DNA of 29,712 bases. Origin: a virus (lineage: Duplodnaviria; Caudoviricetes). The first letter of the stretch is position 1, and each line of letters begins with the position of its first letter. Both the position numbers and the translations under genes were made by a program. This document shows, in pieces, positions 25,001-29,712 of the stretch. The stretch is from the IMG/VR virus record IMGVR_UViG_3300036815_000065, positions 1 through 29,712 of that record; one strand, 5' to 3'. The notes beneath the pieces are model-generated. The model was not told where the DNA came from. It saw only the letters and a list, made by a program, of their open reading frames with translations, and ran no database searches.

Positions 25001-26930
25001 CCGACGGCGAGCCGCCTCCGGACGCACCGGCGGACTGGTTTGAGGAACTTGTACGAGCAGCCTGCGCGCCTGCCTCCGCAGCTGCGTGGCCGGGAGACTG
25101 ACCGGCGTTGCCCGCAGCCGTAGAACCCGGCTTAGCGCCACCGCTAGACGGCTTGCCGCCCGGCGCTGTCGGCTTAGCACCCTGCGCGCCCGGAGCGGCT
25201 GGGGGAGCAGGCGGACCCGGCGGTGTCTTCGACGGCGGACCGGCAGCAGCGTTACCACCCGCGCCAGCAGCAAGAACGCCCGCCGGAGCGCCCGGACCCA
25301 TCGTGTTCATCAACGCTGCCGCGTTCAGCGGCACGTACCCGGTCTGCGTCGCCCAACCCGGGTCGGAAGTCTCCGGGATGTTGAACGGCTGCTTGCCCAG
25401 GACGTCACGGCCCTCATCAATCGTCAGCAGGCCATGCGAGATCTGGTTGACGAGCAGGTTCGTGGTGGTTTCCTCGTCCTCCTCCTCCTGCATCCCCTCG
25501 AACATGACGCGCATGTCGGTCTGCCCGCAGATCTCCTGGAGCACACGGTTTAGGATGTTCGTCAGGAAGATCACCAGCGGAGCGACGGTGTCGCGGTCGT
25601 TCGCCGACGCGGCCTGCTTCGCCATCTGGTTCTCTGCGCCCGGCGAGCTGGTGCTGGACACCTTCGGCATGATGCCAATCTGCATGGGCTGAATACCGAA
25701 CGCCATGCAGGTTTGCATCATCACGATCTCGTCGAACGCGTCCGCAATAGCCGGAGGACGCATCGGGTCCACCCGCGAACCCGCCGGAAGCACGACCACC
25801 TTGTGCTTCCACGCCGGATCGCCTGCGATGGCGTTCAACGCGTCCTGAAGCTCACGGATCTGGTTCGGAGTCATCTCCGCGCCGTTGCCGCCCGGGGACA
25901 CGAAGATGCCCGGGATGGTGCCTTCACGGAAGTAGTCCAGCTGATAGGCCTGCTTCTGCAAGCCGGACATGATCGGAACCAGTCCGCGCTCCACAGGCGG
26001 GAACCCGTACGGCGTCCACCGGCGCGGCTGGGTACGCAGGTACATCAGCTGCTGACCGCCGTAGGCGCGCATCTCGGAGCCCTTCAAACCGGACTCGTCC
26101 AGGTCGCGTTCGGTGACCATTGTCCACATGTCCACACGCGGGACGCCGTACAGGTACTGCTGGAACGCGACGGCCGGAGGACGCGGACGGCCACCCTCAA
26201 GGTCGTACAAGGGTCGGATCGTCGGGCCGGAGATCAGCTGAAGGCAGTCGAGGTCGGAACCGAGGACGCCCTTGCCGAGTCCCTTGCCGCGCTTCTCACG
26301 CACCACGATCGACAGGGCGTCGTACACCAGTATCTCTTCGAGGACGTCAGCAGCCCACGACTGCCAGTCGTCGTAGTCCGGGTCCGGACGGCGCAGGAAC
26401 TTCACTGCCTCGGCGCGTCGCTTGCCGAAGTCCTTCATCTCGGCGTCGTTGTTGCGCATCGCCTTGGCGGCCTCGGGGGTGGGCATGATGTCCCACTCCA
26501 GCGAGGTGATCTGAGCCTTGATGAAGGTGATGCAGGCGCGAGCCACCGAGTACAGGTCAGCGATCGTGCGGAGCGTGTTGAAGTCGGCGAGCTTGAGGCC
26601 TTCAGTGCCGGGCTGTCCTACGGGCAGGTTCCAGCCAACCCGGTATTCCTCGCGGCGCGGGTCCGGGGAGGCTTCGCCGGGCTCAGCGGAGTCGACGGGT
26701 ACGGACTGGATCGGCGGGAACGGGCCGAACGCGCCGTCAGTGAATGTGGAGGCGGGGCGCGGCAGGCCGAATCCGCCGTAGGCGTTGCCCCAGTCGGCGG
26801 TGTTCTGCACGGGTACGCCCATGCCTGCGGCGAGTTCCTGCGCGAGCGGCGAGGCGGACCCGGACGGCGGGCGTCCACCGGGTGCGGTGCCGATGGCGCG
26901 GTTAGCTGCCAGCGTTCGGTTCCGGGCCAT
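22068..26930 (-). CDS. Portal protein fused to MuF-like, ParB/Srx-like and NUDIX hydrolase domains
   Basis: ATG 26930 after GGAGGTGA, ~1620 aa. Portal motifs (LRTIAD..VARACI, ISGPTIRP, PYGFPPVE, YFREGTIPG, CMAFGIQPMQIG, GLLTIDEGR..LGKQP); HCELC..DGKTY..NCKC; VIDGHHRYEAA; Nudix box GGRLEPGESALEAARREWQEETG. Confidence 0.9.
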   Translation of the reverse strand: MARNRTLAANRAIGTAPGGRPPSGSASPLAQELAAGMGVPVQNTADWGNAYGGFGLPRPASTFTDGAFGPFPPIQSVPVDSAEPGEASPDPRREEYRVGWNLPVGQPGTEGLKLADFNTLRTIADLYSVARACITFIKAQITSLEWDIMPTPEAAKAMRNNDAEMKDFGKRRAEAVKFLRRPDPDYDDWQSWAADVLEEILVYDALSIVVREKRGKGLGKGVLGSDLDCLQLISGPTIRPLYDLEGGRPRPPAVAFQQYLYGVPRVDMWTMVTERDLDESGLKGSEMRAYGGQQLMYLRTQPRRWTPYGFPPVERGLVPIMSGLQKQAYQLDYFREGTIPGIFVSPGGNGAEMTPNQIRELQDALNAIAGDPAWKHKVVVLPAGSRVDPMRPPAIADAFDEIVMMQTCMAFGIQPMQIGIMPKVSSTSSPGAENQMAKQAASANDRDTVAPLVIFLTNILNRVLQEICGQTDMRVMFEGMQEEEDEETTTNLLVNQISHGLLTIDEGRDVLGKQPFNIPETSDPGWATQTGYVPLNAAALMNTMGPGAPAGVLAAGAGGNAAAGPPSKTPPGPPAPPAAPGAQGAKPTAPGGKPSSGGAKPGSTAAGNAGQSPGHAAAEAGAQAARTSSSNQSAGASGGGSPSAGSSGSSTAKPKAKPATKADKDAKHLAARTAAVAASKDKVSQQLYDLALRHRDKDISTADATHEGKQILQDAYSDILQTAAADAEDQGLADAGGYSMVDFVSIAATRAATQATYLMWMLAAAGSAASDALGWLQARTDLYAQSLQGTYNQGFGLAVGASNPEYTITWHLGDAEHCELCVARDGKTYTFKQLPGWPGDGGFGGKDAICLGGQNCKCYLSYSEGGTTLAQTTTTLDRAGYFQQQLSDITARRMQAQEARESFVASLPNDFGEDDTSAQSRAMNRDELRQQLADLANQRIRSLGGYPGVAVEPGDIPASMIAQFLPQYGPQNMAGLSLTDLMDAVSSMWPKFAHVDITKGNFEAAVLGAVSDMRERQLHFSDTAYRQAKASQLIEVEIKGSPVMSDGDIAKFADRLGDRIRSDRMFHVEPYKVVAEAEACVRRLDKGGSWSPKLLDDDSVEYLRSQLLSSGNRSEAVSRFKEWFESRAARRKSAIPTRDYAVEDGERWVDTGGQVHVPEDEEGLEPPVVSDNPYDPAGFGGPVQRPHDADDIFHAEPVGDGTRPMPVHHREQGKAAADHGDPNPVEAEHVYSQMLINYPPKSIKWIKKVRWIGPVLVPTDRVDTDDEHSWAASHQQTRVEHFADKLRKGKPVHPGVSVQEPGENKIKVIDGHHRYEAAVKAGKPFLTYVGFVDTDGGVWDETHSSQFHSGASPQNKGDGPVAAGIALQAQDTGRVLMLQRALKDDDPAGGRWEFPGGRLEPGESALEAARREWQEETGITLPDTVTALGAWESDDGVYNGFALAVPHETDIDIHGDRDAVVNPDDPDGDFTESLAWWNPEEISGCPVMRDQVRAHAAETLHALKPTGNKLWQASVLAKALGEYAMADYLSAASEAAESGYTADALGNLEGAERAWKGALSGNGWPQSLFTSLVTSLGAMLQNTVGQLRGLTSAFAPSNGSSLPTALGFQPGPNLAGWPTL

Positions 26931-27354
26931 CTTCACCTCCTCGGGGGATCACGCGCAGTCCTGCTTGGGGGAGCAGGGAACGCAGCGTCGCCTTGATTTC
27001 GTCGAGTTCGGACAGCAGCATTTCGACGTCGTTGTAGGTTTGTTCGGCTCGCTTGTCGGACGCTTTGGCTTGGACGTCCTGCCCGACCATGATCACCGAC
27101 AGCAGGACGAGCTGTAGGAACTCCTCAGCGAACCAGTTCTGGAATCCGATACCGCCCGGCTCCAGCGCGGTGGGGATTCCGGAGATAGCCCACACCGCAA
27201 ACAGGTACGCGCACGTCATCGAACCGACGGCGACAGTGATGGTGAGGGCGATGCGGGCGTTGAACCGGGCGTACCAGGAGCCGTGCTTGTGTTGGTCGGC
27301 GACCTTGATGACGCCTTGTTCGCGTCGGGCGTCACGGTGCGGGTGCAGACTCAC
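26902..27354 (-). CDS. DUF1003-like membrane protein
   Basis: GTG 27354 (GTGA overlap), 150 aa. Motifs RIALTITVAVGSM and QLVLLSVIMVGQ..QAKASDKRAEQTY; C-terminus overlaps the portal start. Confidence 0.75.
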   Translation of the reverse strand: MSLHPHRDARREQGVIKVADQHKHGSWYARFNARIALTITVAVGSMTCAYLFAVWAISGIPTALEPGGIGFQNWFAEEFLQLVLLSVIMVGQDVQAKASDKRAEQTYNDVEMLLSELDEIKATLRSLLPQAGLRVIPRGGEDGPEPNAGS

Positions 27355-27791
27355 GTGATCAGTCCCTTCACGAAGTGCTGTCCCTCGAAGTCGGATGCGC
27401 TCGCGACGTGCGCGCCGCCGTGGCCACGATGATGGAACTGGCAGAGCCATTCGAGGTTCGCGGCCGACTCAACCCACGCGCCCTCTTCATCCGGGTTGGA
27501 GATGCCCGGGTACTGCGCTTCAAGCATCGCCAGGTCGACTTCGTTGAGCAGCGCCCACTCGATGTGCGTGTGGTGCAGCTCCAACGGCAGGTCCAGCGTG
27601 CAGTCGGAGTAGTCGCCGCGCCGCTTGCCGACAGCACACTTGTACAGCTCCGGGTTGTTCTTGGTGCGGCGGTGGTAGGCGTTGAAGTCCTTGTAGTGGG
27701 GGTCGCCTTCACGTGAGCCGTGCGCCGGGTAGTGGACGTCATAGCGGCTGGACTTCGCTTGCAGGTGCGCAGCTACGGTGTCGTCGTTCAC
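27351..27791 (-). CDS. HNH-like (His-Me finger) protein
   Basis: GTG 27791 (GTGA overlap), 146 aa; C..C..LELHH....NLEWLCQFHH..H pattern. Confidence 0.65.
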   Translation of the reverse strand: MNDDTVAAHLQAKSSRYDVHYPAHGSREGDPHYKDFNAYHRRTKNNPELYKCAVGKRRGDYSDCTLDLPLELHHTHIEWALLNEVDLAMLEAQYPGISNPDEEGAWVESAANLEWLCQFHHRGHGGAHVASASDFEGQHFVKGLIT

Positions 27792-28081
27792 GGCGTCTCG
27801 TCCTCTTCGTCGTCGGCGTAGGCGTCTTGCTGGAACACGACGCGTGAGGAGTCCCATCGGCCGTCGGGCCAGTACTCGACTTCGCTGACTTCGTTGCCGT
27901 GGAACACGACCTTGCGGACGCGGGGGCAGGGCTGTCGTTGCTGGTGGAGGTTGTGTACACGGTCGTGGATTCCGGCGCAGTGTACGCACACGACGTCGAC
28001 GAGGTTGCCGTATCGGTCACGCAGGGTGCCTTCGAAGGCTTCGCGGGCTTGCTTGCGTTCGTCGGCGGTGAGTTCGCTCAC
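27788..28081 (-). CDS. Hypothetical metal-binding protein
   Basis: GTG 28081 (GTGA overlap), 97 aa; CVHCAGIH..CPR. Confidence 0.7.
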   Translation of the reverse strand: MSELTADERKQAREAFEGTLRDRYGNLVDVVCVHCAGIHDRVHNLHQQRQPCPRVRKVVFHGNEVSEVEYWPDGRWDSSRVVFQQDAYADDEEDETP

Positions 28082-28677
28082 GACATGGCCCCCCAGTACG
28101 GAATCATCACCGACTCGGAGTTGTCGGCGGGGTTGATGGAGGCGGGCAGCGTGGTGAGGCCGGTGCCGTTGGTGGTGTAGCGGTAGGCGGTGGTGGTGAG
28201 GAGGCCGTTGGTGGCGGCAAAGGCGGTTGATGGGAGGGATGCGAGCTGCGGCTGCGTGGTAGATGCGTTGAATGTCCCGGCTAGCCAGATCCATCCGGCT
28301 TGGAGGAGTTGGGAGCCGATGTCAGCGGTGATGGGTTGGCCGACGGTGGTGAGCGAGTTGGTGATGTCGACGGGGGTTCCAAGCATTGTGCCGTCGGGTG
28401 CGTAGGCTCCGAGCCAGTTTTGGTTGGGGGTTGCGCCGGAGGCGGCTGCGGTGAGGGTGATGTGGAGGTTTTGGATGTAGCAGGGGCTGCGTACGGGGAT
28501 GGCGGCGAGGTACAGGGTTCCGGCGGTGGTTGGGGTGCTGGTTGCTGTTTGTGCGGGGTCGCTGGTCCAGCCTTGGTAGCCGAGGTCTTGGGGGACGGGG
28601 GCGTTGGGGTAGTAGGGGAGGGTGGAGGTGGTGATTTGGGTGGTGGGGGTGCCGATGATTTGCACGGTTTCGGACAT
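28078..28677 (-). CDS. Virion-like Thr-rich beta-sandwich protein
   Basis: 199 aa; AAGGGG SD; GWTSDP, AGTLYLAAI, NWLGAY, LPASI, YWGA resemble tail-fibre C-terminal domains. Confidence 0.7.
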   Translation of the reverse strand: MSETVQIIGTPTTQITTSTLPYYPNAPVPQDLGYQGWTSDPAQTATSTPTTAGTLYLAAIPVRSPCYIQNLHITLTAAASGATPNQNWLGAYAPDGTMLGTPVDITNSLTTVGQPITADIGSQLLQAGWIWLAGTFNASTTQPQLASLPSTAFAATNGLLTTTAYRYTTNGTGLTTLPASINPADNSESVMIPYWGAMS

Positions 28678-28728
28678 TTGGCCCCTTAACGGGTATTCAA
28701 CCTGCTACGAGACTCTTGTCTGTACAAG

Positions 28729-29097
28729 TTAGGGGGCGGCTGCGCCGGATGTGGTGAAGGCTCCGTTGGCCATGACGGTGGCGTCGGAGAGGTTGGGGTC
28801 CATCCACAGGGTGGCTGCGTAGCTGGTGTTTTGTGCGAGGAGGCTGGTGCCGGTGGGGGTGATGGTGACGAGGATGGAGCTGGTGGCGGTGGTGACGGTG
28901 ATGGAGCCGTTGTCCGTGGTGGTGGTGGAGACGGACAGGGTGGCGGTGGCGGTGGAGGAGGTGGAGACGCGTAGGACGTATTCGAAGGTCTTCCCGGTGA
29001 TGTTCATGAGGGAGCCGTCGGAGTTGAGGAACTGGAAGGTGGCGGCCCACAGCGACCCGGGGTAGCCGATGGTGTTGTAGGGCACGGGTAGTGTCAT
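28729..29097 (-). CDS. Small virion-like beta-sandwich protein (BppU N-terminal-like)
   Basis: 122 aa; F.NSDGSLMNITG.T....R..GSIT..I.VTITPT.T..L..Y pattern; GAGGGGAG SD. Confidence 0.7.
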   Translation of the reverse strand: MTLPVPYNTIGYPGSLWAATFQFLNSDGSLMNITGKTFEYVLRVSTSSTATATLSVSTTTTDNGSITVTTATSSILVTITPTGTSLLAQNTSYAATLWMDPNLSDATVMANGAFTTSGAAAP

Positions 29098-29101
29098 GAG
29101 T

Positions 29102-29138
29102 CTCCCCTCGCGTCGACGCCCGTTGACCGCGAGGGGAG
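29102..29138 (-). promoter_or_regulatory. Hairpin sequestering the SD of gene 28729-29097
   Basis: ctcccctcgcg (29102-29112) pairs with cgcgaggggag (29128-29138), with further inner pairing; the 3' arm on the minus strand contains the SD. Confidence 0.6.
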
Positions 29139-29143
29139 CTGCG

Positions 29144-29347
29144 TCAGTCTACCGGCGCGGTTAGTTGCTCGTGTCGGTCGTTGCAGACCTTGTGGCAGAT
29201 GGCGCCGGTGATGGGGTGGCGTAGGAACGCGGGCTTGCCGCAGTAGTGGCAGGGTGCGTCGACGCGTACAACCGGTGCGTGGGACCAGTCGAGCCGCCCG
29301 GCTGCGTTTCGCAGTCGGGGTGGGATCGGCGCGTGTCTGGTCTTCAT
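29144..29347 (-). CDS. Small zinc-finger protein
   Basis: 67 aa, CHYCGKP..ICHKVC; ATG lies 2 nt after the tRNA discriminator base. Confidence 0.6.
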   Translation of the reverse strand: MKTRHAPIPPRLRNAAGRLDWSHAPVVRVDAPCHYCGKPAFLRHPITGAICHKVCNDRHEQLTAPVD

Positions 29348-29348
29348 G

Positions 29349-29422
29349 TAGCGGAGGTGGGATTTGAACCCACGACCTACGGGTTATGAGCCCGCCGAGC
29401 TACCAAGCTGCTCCACTCCGCA
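29349..29422 (-). tRNA. tRNA-Met(CAT), initiator (fMet)-type
   Basis: TGCGGAGTGGAGCAGCTTGGTAGCTCGGCGGGCTCATAACCCGTAGGTCGTGGGTTCAAATCCCACCTCCGCTA folds as a cloverleaf: CAT anticodon, GGG/CCC anticodon stem, 1:72 mismatch (U:U), A11:U24; CCA not encoded. Confidence 0.93.
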
Positions 29423-29464
29423 TTGTGTTGTCGCGGTCGCGATTTACACCGCGTCGGCGCGGCC

Positions 29465-29473
29465 AGCGTAGCA
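29465..29473 (-). promoter_or_regulatory. Candidate extended -10 promoter (TGCTACGCT) for the tRNA/structural unit
   Basis: Matches TGnTAnnnT, about 43 nt upstream of the tRNA 5' end. Confidence 0.45.
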
Positions 29474-29531
29474 GCTATTTCTTGGTGTGTGCTAGTGGTT
29501 CTACGTGGGCGTTCGACTTCCCTAGATCCTA

Positions 29532-29540
29532 TGCTACGCT
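29532..29540 (+). promoter_or_regulatory. Candidate extended -10 promoter (TGCTACGCT) for the divergent gene
   Basis: Same 9-mer in the opposite orientation, about 44 nt upstream of ATG 29585; TCGACT at 29513-29518 is a possible -35. Confidence 0.45.
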
Positions 29541-29584
29541 ACTCCCATTGCTCGGACCGTCCGGGCACGGAGACGGAGGAGACG

Positions 29585-29712
29585 ATGGACGCACCAGTAC
29601 CAGCCGCGAAGCTTGCGGAGCTCGCTACCCCCAACCTCATCAAGCAGTACGACGTAGCCGTACTCAAGCGGGGGTTCACCCCTCAGTACAACGCGGAGAC
29701 CGGTAGGCCCAC
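29585..29712 (+). CDS. Divergent hypothetical protein (truncated at window edge)
   Basis: GGAGGAG SD then ATG 29585: MDAPVPAAKLAELATPNLIKQYDVAVLKRGFTPQYNAETGRP.., open to the end of the window. Confidence 0.6.
   Translation, partial: MDAPVPAAKLAELATPNLIKQYDVAVLKRGFTPQYNAETGRP

Noticed and set aside
22068-26930. Intein as the cause of portal length
   Set aside because: No intein splice-junction or LAGLIDADG motifs seen; the extra length is C-terminal to a complete portal core.
29349-29422. tRNA as a host integration site (attL/attR)
   Set aside because: No integrase or duplicated tRNA 3' end in the window, and the tRNA is co-oriented and tightly coupled with phage genes.
29386-29706. 106-aa plus-strand ORF
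   Set aside because: Overlaps the tRNA antisense and the promoter region; the SD-supported ATG at 29585 in another frame is more plausible.

Overview
High-GC window holding the virion morphogenesis region of a tailed dsDNA phage or prophage. The lysis-cassette and tail motifs point to an actinobacterial host, and the lack of a sheath gene points to a siphovirus. Almost everything is one tightly coupled minus-strand unit. From right to left: divergent promoter pair, initiator-type tRNA-Met(CAT), small accessory genes (Zn-finger, two virion-like beta proteins, HNH-like, DUF1003-like), a ~1620-aa portal fusion, a 942-aa protease/scaffold, a 624-aa major capsid protein, three paralogous decoration-like genes, a holin-like trio, Zn-finger genes, neck and tail genes, tape measure, hub and receptor-binding genes. 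No terminase, endolysin or integrase is visible. The best candidate for a new system is the portal-MuF-ParB-like-NUDIX fusion, whose domains are separated by Lys-(Ser/Ala/Gly) motifs that also recur in the scaffold and capsid leader. This suggests a protease-processed polyprotein that loads enzymes into the head. Other highlights are an apparent ATA start on the major tail gene, a +1/-2 tail-chaperone frameshift, an unlisted 53-aa Zn-finger gene and one domain reused in three virion proteins. All family calls come from motif recognition by eye; no searches were run.
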